From Amoebidium appalachense (Eukaryota > Protista > Ichthyosporea): a stretch of 64,000 nucleotides of DNA. The stretch is taken from the NCBI GenBank assembly GCA_963693365.1, contig CAVNZM010000011.1, forward strand, positions 372,001 through 436,000, given 5' to 3'. This document shows positions 11,878 through 33,515 of this stretch, piece by piece. The position numbers and the translations under genes are program-made. Within the stretch, counting starts at the first letter, position 1. The number at the start of each line of letters is the position of its first letter. The notes below the pieces were generated by a model. It made no database searches, was not told where the DNA came from, and worked only from the letters and a program-made list of their open reading frames with translations.

Positions 11878-12960
11878 GAAAGCCCGGGGAGCGGCAGCCC
11901 CCCCCTTGCACTGTGCCGTAGTGTGGGTAGTAGAGGCAGGGTGGTTGATGCAGGACCCAGGCGGGAGGGGACCACCCTTAGGTTTGCGGCCGTTGGCACG
12001 GTTGCCCCCCTTGCACATGGCGGTAGTGTGACTGGTAGACAGTGGGTGGTTGACGCAGGAACCCTTGGGGTAGGTGCTGGCACGGTTGTTGCCAGAGTTG
12101 CTGTGTTGGCCGTTGCCGTTGGGGCACTGAGACTTGATGTGGCCTGGTTTGCCGCAGCCGTGGCAGATGACAGGTTGAGGAGCCCGTGTGGTGAAGGCGG
12201 CCGGCCCGGAGCTGGTAGTCACACGTGCACGTGGGTGGCTGGTCTCATATGCCCGTAGCTGTTGGAGGAGGCCCATCACGGTAGGCTTGGGTGTCATCTT
12301 GTAGGCAATTACAGGCATTTCGTAGTAAGGCACCTTGCCGAGGTCGTTGGTGAGCTTGGTCAGCACTTGAGCATCACCAATTTGTGTGCCGTAATCGGCC
12401 AGGCGCCGCACGTAGCCGCGGAGTTTCATGGCGTATTTCGTCGCGGTGTCCGTAGGTTCAGGCGTAGAATTCATGTACAGCCCGATAAGGTCGTACTGAT
12501 TGGCCTCAGATTGCTCCAGGTAGTGGGCAGATAGGGCCGACCATATCTCCGCAGGTGTGGTGGTGCGTGTTAACCCTAGGATACAACGCACGTCAACCGA
12601 GAGTGCTTGCCACAGGTAGGAACGGGCAGTGTCGACCTGTTCACGGGTAGCCGGGTGCTCCGTACTGGGCGCGATGGTGTGGAGAAGACCAGCACCAGAA
12701 AGCTGGACATACATGGTTTCGGCCCATGTGTGGTAGTCCGTGCCTGAATCATTATCAATGCCAGTGAAGAGAGGGATGTCGACCTTGAACTTGATGGAAT
12801 CATTACGTGAGGGGCCCATAACCCTGTTGGACATTGTGTTCATAGAAGCTAGTTCTAGTGCACGTTGTTCCTTCTGTAAGTCAGAAATGATTGCATCTTG
12901 TGAGGCCAACCTCTGCTCCAGTAGTTGGACTAGTTGCTGCAACTGTAAGTTGTCAGACAT
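11878..12960 (-). pseudogene. gag: Copia A gag (interrupted by Copia B)
   Basis: Copia gag-like segment (YHTWAETM...AEIWSALSAHY), zinc knuckle CHGCGKPGHIKSQC, and two CxxH-x5-H-x4-C repeats. The ORF runs into the Copia B LTR below 11878. Confidence 0.88.
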
Positions 12961-13589
12961 AGTGTCGTGTATGATGGGTAACTAGTCTATGTGTTTTGTG
13001 CACTGGAAACGACAGTAGAAATGTGTAAATCAAACGTTCTGCTTCCCATGTTTGTGACATGGGAGGCACTGCTTTATATAGTCGTTGGCCACCTCATGGT
13101 GGCCTCGTGTGCACCCTGGTGGTGGGCCATGTACAGCATGGCCGAAAAGAGAGCACAATGAAAACAAGTCGTTAAAGATATAAAAGTTAACTGTGCACGT
13201 TGAGTGGCTAGTTAACTTGCACTAAAGCACACAAATAAACGTGTTTAACACACCAATTGCAGTTAAACGCAAATCTTGCTTCACACAACTAAAAATATTC
13301 TGAGAATATCCGGGAATAAAGCACACTACCACTCTAAGAATAGAATCCTGTGGCAAATATAGACATGACATCATCTGAACCGGGAATATTAATTAATGAG
13401 CACAATTAGCACGTTGCTAGTGAAGCTCGTCATTGGTACAGTTTTGGCTCAAACATATAACTACCATATATGAATATGACCGTAAACAAAAGCTCTATGC
13501 ACTCGAGTGAGTGTTGAAACAGTTATTCAATTGCTCAGAAACTTTCTCTAACAGACATTGCTAGCCGGGAGTACCAGTGTACTCCAACA
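12825..13589 (-). repeat. 5' LTR of Copia A (~765 bp)
   Basis: On the minus strand it begins TGTTGGAGT (13589) and ends TCCAACA (12825) immediately before the PBS; TATATAAA at ~13080. The partner LTR is not in the window, so the outer boundary is inferred from the inverted terminus. Confidence 0.7.
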
Positions 13590-13592
13590 TAT

Positions 13593-13637
<45 letters not shown>

Positions 13638-13800
13638 AAGAAAAAAAAAAAAAAAAAAAGGCAACAACATGGCCGCCGTCATTGCCTCATATCCAAAACG
13701 CATATTCTCCTTCAGGCACTTGCAATGTCCCCGAACATGTCACAGCACCCACCTACATACATCATATGCTGACATGCCACCAACACAATAGGTGGCGTGT

Positions 13801-14128
13801 TTGCCATATTCAGCTATGTTCACCTTGCACTTGCCATTTTTAGCTATGTTCACCTTGCACTTGCCATTTTTAGCTCAATTCACCTTCCATAGCTATCTTT
13901 ACCTTGCACTTGCCATATTTAGCTATGTTCACCTTGCACTTGCCATATTTAGCTATGTTCACCTTGCACTTGCCATATTTAGCTATGTTCACCTTGCACT
14001 TGCCATATTTAGCTCTATTTACCTTGCACTTGCCATATCCGGCTATGTCCACCGTGCACTTGCCATATTTGGCTATGTCCACCTTGCACTTGCCATATCC
14101 GGCTATGTCCACCTTGCACTTGCCATAT

Positions 14129-14140
<12 letters not shown>
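13801..14140. repeat. 30-bp minisatellite (TTGCCATATTTAGCTATGTTCACCTTGCAC), ~11 copies
   Basis: Direct reading; the last unit overlaps the TYW1 stop codon. Confidence 0.93.
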
Positions 14141-24620
<10,480 letters not shown>

Positions 24621-25155
24621 GGTGCCACTGTGTACACTTGCGCAAGTATTTTTGCTTACTCTACAAAGTAATTTTACTAGCTAGCACATGCACACAACAA
24701 TACATAGCCTACAGAAACACCCAATATTGTGTGTTTTTGTGAAGTTTGAAGTACGTGCACGTGCACTGCAAAGGCTTTCGGTGATTACGTCACCGCACCG
24801 GTCTGATGTCGCAAGATAAGCCATATTGGACATGGCAAACAACAGAACTTATGAGTTGCTTTAATTGGTGGTTGTGTCTCTCAATCTAGATTATAAATAA
24901 TCTTTATAGTCATTCACAGTCAAAATATCATGTCCCCCAACATCCATCATGGTTTCCCGCCAAAACTTCCCTATGCCGCTGTCGCCGAGTCGGCCCACAA
25001 CAGAAAACAGGAAAACTGAAACAGAAGGCAAACTGCCAGTAAAGCACAAAACAGAAAACAGACACCACGACACCATAAGCACACAATAAGCACACATTAG
25101 TACCCAAGAGCTCTCAGCACAACCTTCCTTCACCCCCGTCACCACACCTCTCAAC
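24621..25155. promoter_or_regulatory. Putative bidirectional promoter between TYW1 and thymidylate kinase
   Basis: 535 bp between divergent start codons, free of microsatellites; contains the palindrome GTGCACGTGCAC and CRE-like TTACGTCA. Function is inferred from geometry only. Confidence 0.55.
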
Positions 25156-26856
25156 ATGGTTTCTGCCGGGTCTGCCGCAGGACGTGGTGCGCTGATAGTG
25201 TTGGAGGGCTGTGACCGAAGCGGCAAATCCACACAGTGTGCTAATCTAGTCAAGGCCCTGTGTGCCCTGGGCACAAACGCAAAGCTGCTGCGCTTCCCAG
25301 GTGCGTGTGCTTGTCTGCGCATGTGCACGCTTGCAGAGCGGGCAGGTGGGCAGGCGGACGGGCCGGCAGGCCAGTGCTGTTGCGGGGAGGAGGGGGGGCA
25401 GGGGGGAGGGGGGGGGGGGGGGGGGGAGGAAGGGGGGGTGTGGATGGGAAGAGAGGGATTTTTTATGGGGCGACGGGGAAGCAGGGGAGGGGAGGGGCGA
25501 AGGGGGTGGGGAGCAGGCTTTAGAATAGATCGAACCAAGCACTTCAGTACCGTGTGGCATGTTTCGGGCATTAATGAGCTGCTTCGTGCATGCTTGAGCG
25601 TGCACATAGTATGTTCGTTGCTATCGCTTGTCTGCCATCACTTATTGGTGTTTTTGCAGGTGCTTGTGCATATTTCCTGTCATGCTGCATGTTTCCTGCT
25701 TGACTCTTGCTACTAGTACCAAACTCGTTAACAGCCTGGGTGTATTTACATGCCATAAAACACACATGCACAATTCAGTGTATATAGCCAGTTTGTGAGT
25801 GTGCTCACACACATAAAAACAATCGACGTGTGAAAGCACCTACACAAGCCAGCCACTAAGAGTGGGCACATACACTTCCACCAGCACGCACAAACGACCC
25901 TATACACATGTGAGTAATAAGCCTGCAAGAGAGAAGCATGCAAAAACATGCTAGCACATTTTCCTGTACTCACTCAACTACGTACCATTTTACTCAATTA
26001 CAGGTGTTCATGTCTTGTTTTTCCCCTCCCTGACTGCTCCCTCCCTGTTTACCTTCTCCCCCTTTCCCCCCCTCCCCTAGTCCCCCCTAGTCCCCCCTCC
26101 CCACGTGAACACACACCCCGGATTTCCCCAGTCACGTCTTTCGCCATCTATTCTCAGCCTGCAATTTTTTGCTCTCCTCCTTTCTGTCCCTTCCCCCCCA
26201 CCCCCACCCCCCACCCCACACACACGCGCGCGCAAACAGCCCCTTTATCCTTACTCATCCCCCCTTCCTTCCCCATCTCTAGACCGCATGACAACCATCG
26301 GGCAGATGATCAATGCCTACCTCACCAGCACCCTCGACCTCAGCGACCAGGCCATCCACCTGCTGTTCTCTGCAAACAGATGGGAGGCTATGTGAGTGCA
26401 TATGTGCCGTATAGTGTCGGGAGGGTGTGGTTGGGGATATGCGCTAGCCTGGTGGGGGCGGTGGAGATGGTGACTGGGGGATAGGGAGGGGTATCAGGTG
26501 GAGCTTGTGGAAAAGAAGTGTTGTTTGGAGCGGAGGGATGGGGTGGGTGCAGGAGAGTTGACTGGTGAGGCAAGAGGAGGATGGATGGAACGGGAGGAGT
26601 CTGAGGTAGACGTGGGCAAGGGGGAAAGTGGGAATACCATGCACCAATGTGGGGTGGCCATGCTGGGTGAGCTTGGGGAACAATCTAGTGGCTGTTGAGA
26701 ATGTAGGGTTTGGTGTGTAGAGAGGAAAGCTGGGGGACTGAAAGGCGCCGGCATACGTGATTGGTGATTGGAGAGCTCGCTTTCGCCTATTCTTTTAAAA
26801 ATTTTATTATTATTTATTGATTTTTCTATATCTCTCTTGGCAGATGAGGGGGATAT

Positions 26857-26899
<43 letters not shown>

Positions 26900-28426
26900 C
26901 GGGCCGGGAGGGGGGAGGAGGTAGGGGATTGGTGCCGGGGGAAGGGGGGAAGGCAGGGAGGGGGGAGGAAGGGTTCGTTTGCACGTGCAAGTACTGATGT
27001 GTCTCTGCAGGGCAAGCATGAGGCAGCAGCTGCAGGAGGGCACCACACTGGTGGTGGACAGATACGCTTACTCGGGGGTGGCATTCACTGCCGCCAAGGT
27101 ATGTCTGTGATGTCTTTGGGCATGCAGGGGGCTGTGGGGGTGTGCTGTTTGCAGTGAGATGTTGCATGGTGCACACAGGACGATGCATGGTGCACACAGG
27201 ACGATGCATGGTGCACACAGGACGATGCATGGTGCACACAGGACGATGCATGGTGCTGGAGGGAGGCAGGGATGGGCGTGTGTGTGCATACTGGGCATGC
27301 GAGTCTTGTGGTGCTGGATGCATGATTCTAGCTCCTTCTTCCACTTTTTTCGTAGCTTTTTTTGTTGCTGGTCTGCTTGAAAACGCACTGTGCAAGTGGG
27401 TGTTTTGAATGCACTCGGGCTAAATTACCAGAGTCTTTTTGGGAGGGGGGGGGGGGGGGGGGGGGGGGAGAGGTGGGGGGGGGGGGGGGGGGGGCAGGGA
27501 TGTCACAGCGGGGGGGGGGGGGGGAGGGGGGGGGAGGAGGAGGGGGACCTTTTTCTTTGTTGTTGGAAAGGGGGAAGAGGGGGAGGGGGGGGGGGGGAGG
27601 GGGAGGGGGAGGCTGAAGAAGCAAGAGGTAGCCAAAGAAGAAAATTGGGAATAGTTTCTGACTTTTCCTCTCCCCCCCCCCCCCCCCCCCCCTCACACCA
27701 CACACATATGAACCCCTTCTCCCGCTCTTCCCCCCCCCCCCCCCCCAAACAAAACCCCCCTCCCCCCTCCCCCTCCATCCATCCCCCTTCCTCCTTCATC
27801 CAACACCTTGACTGATTGCTAGCTCAATGTATGTGAACCCGAGTTGCACTGCACTTGTGTTTGTCTTCTGCCCTGCAATTATGTGCCCACACGGCCTATC
27901 TCCCTGTGTCTGTGTGGCTTATGACAGTCACGATGTATGCTTTGTATCAGGCAGAGCACAGGCTGGCCATACACACATGCCAGATTAGCAGCACCACAAT
28001 GTTCTAATGTGCAATAGCGCACGGCTAACTATCTACTTGATTCCCTCTTAGAAGATATGGAGATATACTATGAGATATGCAAAGCCACGTGGCTAACCAC
28101 GTGCTGTTTAGGGAATCGATGCCCATTGGTGCAGACAGCCAGACGTGGGATTGCTCAAACCTGATTTGACGCTATTTTTGGATCTACCCGTGGAGGAGGC
28201 GGCAAAGAGAGGCGACTTTGGACAGGTGGGTGCATGCACACAGGCACTCCCATACCCACATGCATTTACTCATACGCGCAAGCAAACACACATGCACCCA
28301 TACACACACTCACTAGCTCACTCACTCACCACACACCTATTTTTGTGTACGCGCGAACACACACCCATCCACACACACACACACACAGCACACACACACG
28401 GCACACACCGCACACAAACCCAAGGA

Positions 28427-28458
<32 letters not shown>

Positions 28459-28482
28459 GGGAGGGGGGGCAAGTGCTAATGC

Positions 28483-28561
<79 letters not shown>

Positions 28562-30098
28562 AATACACAAACACAAACAAACAGACACACGTGCGCACGC
28601 ACACACGAACACACCGAGGCTTAAGCTTTCACTCGGGCACCCCCACATGCATGCACACACTACCCGCACAGACACCCACACTCATAAAACGCCAATCAAA
28701 TTTCTCAGCATGACCTTCTCCTCGATGATGATCAATAAGGGCGGGGATCTAGTTGTGCTGCTTCTGTGCCTTGGTGCGTGCCTTGTGGGGGGGGGGGGCG
28801 GGGCGGGTACATGTGCGCAGGGGTGCTGGGGAGGACTGTGGAGGAAGGTAAACGGGTGTCGATGAAGAAGGGGGGGGGGGGGGGGGAGGGGGGGGAGGGG
28901 GCTGGGAAGGAGGGGGGGGGAGGGGGGTGGCAGAGAGAGGTTGGGGGGGGGGGACAGGGTGGGAGGGGATGGGTGGAGAGAGAGGGGGGAGGGCGGGCAG
29001 GGGGAGGAAAGGCGGGGAGGAGGGGGGGGGGGAGGGGGGATTTGGGGAAAGTAGGGGGGGAAGGGAGGGGAGAGTGAAAGGCCACTATTTTGCACGGTGA
29101 GCTACAAACAGCATCTGTTATTTTCATTTTGGTGACTACACATGGCTACGGATTTAGAAGTTGTGTGTGTGCACCCCATAGGCCCACACTTATGTGCTTA
29201 AGAGTACCACAAGTTGTCACACACACCCATGCACACATGTGCGGACCATACTTTCAATGTGTGACTGTTGGTATGTAGCCTCCCCCCCCCCCCCCCCCCC
29301 CCCCCCCCTCATCCTCTCTCTCCCTCTCGCTCCGCTCTCCGTCCAGATGACCCCCCCCCCCCCCCTTTCCAACCCCCCCCCCCAAAAAAAAAAGGGGGGG
29401 GGGGGGGGGAGGGGGGACGAGGGGAGGTGAGGGGGGGGAGCGGGGTAAAGCATGCGTAACCCTTCCCCCTCATATAAACCCCTTCACCCAGCCACATTCT
29501 GACCCTTGGATCCTTTTTTTTTCCTTTCACAGGAACGCTACGAACGAAGGGACTTCCAAGAGAAAGTCTATGCACAGTTTGGAGCCCTCAGGACACCCGA
29601 GTGGAAGGTGGGTGCTGTTTGACACTGTGCATGTGCTCACACACGCTACATTAAAGTGTAACCATAAACCCACTTGGGATTACCAAAATATACACGGCCC
29701 CAAAAGTATCTTTTAAATAGCTGCTGCTTGCGAGATTTTTAACGTGCATATTCAGCCATGCAGACAGTGAAGCATGGTCAACACACAGGCAAGGGCAGTG
29801 GCATCTATGTCATAGAAAGCAGACGATTCAAGCACACCCGCACACATGCACACTGGCACGGTTGTTGCGGGCACTAATTACTGGGGGTTAGCCGAGCACA
29901 CGCACAGAAAATTCCTGCAGATTTGCGAGCAAATATTGCACCCGTGCAATGTTATGCATGCACACACGCACGCACGTAAACTTGTACGCAAAATCTCTCG
30001 TTCACCTTGCATGTCTGTGGGAGCGCTTGCACTCGCACACGGACACAGGCGCGCATGCACACACACCCACACACCCACACACGCACTTGCTTGCGCGG

Positions 30099-30197
<99 letters not shown>

Positions 30198-30497
30198 ACC
30201 TGCAGGCAGGCAGACACGTGTGCACACACACGTGTTCACGCATGCATACACGCGTAGACCCCCTCCCACACACACACACACGGATATACCCATCAATTAC
30301 GTACACCTGCAGACACACTGTGCAACCTTTTGCAAGCACAGGTGCACTGACCTGTGCACGTGCAGGTGATTGATGCGCGGGGCAGCATCGAGGACATAGG
30401 AAAGCAACTTCTTGACCATGCCCAGGCCACCATCCGCACGGTGGCGGGCACAACCCTGGGCACCCTGTGGACAGACACACAGCCGGCCAGCCACTAG
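25156..30497 (+). CDS. DTYMK: Thymidylate kinase (dTMP kinase, CDC8-like), 6 exons, ~220 aa
   Basis: Exons 25156-25300, 26283-26391, 27011-27098, 28112-28225, 29533-29607, 30366-30497; GT-AG and phases consistent. P-loop [48 protein letters not shown]. Confidence 0.96.
27164..27255. repeat. 21-bp tandem repeat GCATGGTGCACACAGGACGAT, ~4.4 copies (DTYMK intron 3)
   Basis: Direct reading. Confidence 0.9.
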
Positions 30498-32330
30498 TTG
30501 CTTCCCTGTGCCGGCACATGCGGAGGGATGGGATCGTTGGCGGCTGGGGCGGTACATTCATCAGGTGCGGCAAGATGCATGTTTGGGGGTGAACCTGAGA
30601 GATGCATGGGGCGACACATGCAGGGATGCATGGGGTTGGCTTGTGATGTAGTGCAGGTGGGAGCACTTGCAACATAAATGTACCGTGGCATGCGCGTTCG
30701 GAGGAGGAGGCCGGAGGAGGAGGAGAAGGGGGAGGAGGAGGTGGTGGTGGGTGGGTGGGTGGGGGGGGGAGTAAATGAGTCAGACCCTGTGCATGCATGT
30801 CACCATTGCCAACCAATTGTTAACGGTCACGAGATAGATTATCTATTATGATTATTATTATATTCATTTGACAAACTGTAAAGTTTGTACGATAAATCAT
30901 ACATGTTAGCGTTGAATATATATTCCTACTTTTTTTTAGTGCTTTATATTGTATACCATCAAAATTTATGCGAGCCTCGTGACTTGGCGTTCGTGCACAT
31001 ATAGTGCGTCCATGCACACGTGCATGTGTTTCCGTATTCACACGTGTGTGTTTGTGGCATAATATTGTAATAGTGGGCCATGCGACAGTATACATGCAAA
31101 TGTGCCCACTCTGCCAACATGCATGACATGCTGACATGACTTGGGGCCGTCCGATCGACTCGGGGGATGCATACAGTTGCAGCTCATGTCTAACTAACAA
31201 TAGCACTTTATTAATGCTCCCTTCCACATGTCTAACAATAGCACTTTATAACTGCTCCCCTCTGCTCCCTTCCACATGCAAATTTGCACAGCCACATGTT
31301 CACAGACAACTAATACACGTGCACGCGCACCGTGCCACGTGGCCACGACGTGGATGCTCGTTCTAATTAGATCTGGTTTCCACGGCTGGCCGGGATTCGG
31401 GGCAGGATCTGACACGTACGGTAGGAAGGAAAATGAGGCACCACCTCAGTAGGTGGTAGGGGCAGGGCGGTGGGCCACCGTGGCACCGCGGCCGGGCCAG
31501 CTGCATGTTAGACTGCATACGTAAACAATCAAAAAGTAGGAATACGAGATAGTAATGGCTAATGCTACGACAATTGGCCATGACGGGCGAAGCCCTTGAG
31601 TGCGCACATGCAAAAATACTTATCTAATATTAAAAGAAAAAAGAGAGACAATCTGTACACGTCTCGCAGATTACTTTTTCTTTTAGCCGGGTTTACTGAT
31701 TTCACACCGTCCTGCCGCGGCAGGGTTCGAATTTGGTTTCAAAGGCGTCGTATCTGCGTATACCACGACAAACACTGCGACCTCATTACAGAAAGCAATC
31801 GAAAGCCATTTGTTAATAATGGATGATGGAAAAAAAAAGGGCCTGTGTACAGGAAAATGCGACGTGATGGTTACGCTTGGTATCTAAAAAAAATCAAATT
31901 CGATAACCTTTTAGGTACGATCGAAAAATTTTCGGAAAACCAGGTGACCTCACGTTGATCTTGACGGGACTATGGGTAACGCAAGATTAAGTCAACATAG
32001 AGTCTTGAAATGTAGACTATTTTTTTGGCAATTGCGCAAGTGTAATGACGTCAGGGGCCGCCGGAAACTGACCAGGAAGGCAACTGCTTCGCCCAAGGAT
32101 TATCCTGGGCATGCATATGGGCAGTAATTATATATATAATACACACGTGATTCGTCAGTAAACGCACAGATCACACGTGCGTATACATATATAAATATAT
32201 ATATATATATATACACATCGATTCAAATGTCGCTCTTTATTATCTGCTAATAAATAGTATCCTTCGCGCATCCACCCCTAAACCAGGCCATCCGTGGCCC
32301 TAAGGGCCGGGGAACACCCCCATCCATGTC

Positions 32331-33515
32331 ATGGCACATGCCTATAATCGTTTCAGAACCTCTTTCAAAGTTCCATCTACACCCATCACACATGTGCGAC
32401 CATTAAAACGTCCAGCAGATACACCTACCACAGATGCACAACCAGAAAAACATCGCCTTAGACTAAGCGCAACACCTATTTACAATACACTACCCATTCA
32501 GAATAACACCACACCACTCCGTAGAAACACAATAACAACCATGCCGAAACTTTCGGTTGATACAGTACTGGCAGAACTTGCCCTCGTTAAGAAACAGCTA
32601 AATGAGCTGTTACCACTCAAGAACATGATAGAAAAACTCCAAACAGAAAATACCCAACTCAAGCTCACCATTGATTCACTCACAGCCCAGCTAAACATTA
32701 GTGGATCGCAAAACCCCAAAACTCATGAGCAAACATCTCGCGACGGAGACATTTCCACCCCAACACAAAACAACACAGGACCGGAAGCACAGCTCCCGGC
32801 AGAGTTCCTAGAATATGCGAACTCTCGTAAAACACCCGAGCTCCGCCAAATTGCCAAGGAAACATATGCCAGCATTCTTGCAGGCAACGAGTACCGCCGC
32901 AACTCCCCTCCCAAACCGCCGGCTAAGGGGAACACCCAAGCAAACGGTAACATCAACATCCCACCCAAATACGAGAGGGTGTATTTCAAAGTCAAGCACG
33001 GCAGACGCCCACACAGGGCCATGTGGTCCATCTTCAAGGCTCTCGGCTTCCGGTGCTCTCGCATCCTTTGTCTGTCCTTCATTGGATACGATGTGCTGGA
33101 AGTAGCAGTACGGGGCGACTATAACCGTGCGTTCATCCGTGACGCGACAAAGGGGTGTGGAAGCTTCTTCACCCACCTCCCAAGCTACGACCCATGCGCG
33201 CCGGAAAACATTCAGAAAGCAGACAAAGAACGTAAAGTGTCTGCTAAGAATGCGTGCGCCACACGTTGTCGTGTACGCATCAGCAAGGCAAAAGAGTTCC
33301 TCGCAAAGTTGGAAAACGATGCTACGAGCGTGATAGACACGGACACGAAGGAACCAATGTTTTCTGGTGAGAAACTGCTCGAGCGCAAACGCCGATGCGA
33401 GATGGAAATCGAGCTCTTCTGCGAACTGTTCGCGCTGGCGGAAGGTCGTGCATACGACCCCGTAAGCGACAAGTGGGAACCAACCCCACAGGTGTCGGAC
33501 CAAACCGATGCCTAA
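32331..33515 (+). CDS. LINE ORF1 (coiled-coil, gag-like), 394 aa
   Basis: Intronless ORF directly upstream of ORF2 and overlapping it by 8 nt; heptad-rich segment LAELALVKKQLNELL...LKLTIDSLTAQL. The true start may be a later Met. Confidence 0.8.
   Translation: MAHAYNRFRTSFKVPSTPITHVRPLKRPADTPTTDAQPEKHRLRLSATPIYNTLPIQNNTTPLRRNTITTMPKLSVDTVLAELALVKKQLNELLPLKNMIEKLQTENTQLKLTIDSLTAQLNISGSQNPKTHEQTSRDGDISTPTQNNTGPEAQLPAEFLEYANSRKTPELRQIAKETYASILAGNEYRRNSPPKPPAKGNTQANGNINIPPKYERVYFKVKHGRRPHRAMWSIFKALGFRCSRILCLSFIGYDVLEVAVRGDYNRAFIRDATKGCGSFFTHLPSYDPCAPENIQKADKERKVSAKNACATRCRVRISKAKEFLAKLENDATSVIDTDTKEPMFSGEKLLERKRRCEMEIELFCELFALAEGRAYDPVSDKWEPTPQVSDQTDA

Larger units (their letters stand above)
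3221..13589 (-). mobile_element. Ty1/Copia retrotransposon A (5' LTR, gag, PR, IN, start of RT), split by Copia B and by the Gypsy; 3' part outside the window
   Basis: Domain order gag-PR-IN-RT on the minus strand. 5' LTR 13589-12825 is followed by PBS GGGTTATGGGCCC. Removing Copia B and one GAAAG TSD restores the frame ...PRAF-L-MSSNDCG... Confidence 0.92.

Noticed and set aside
32050-32112. SRP-RNA-like motif (CAGG...CGGAAAC...CCAGG) with a hairpin
   Set aside because: Weak match with no Alu domain or long helix around it.
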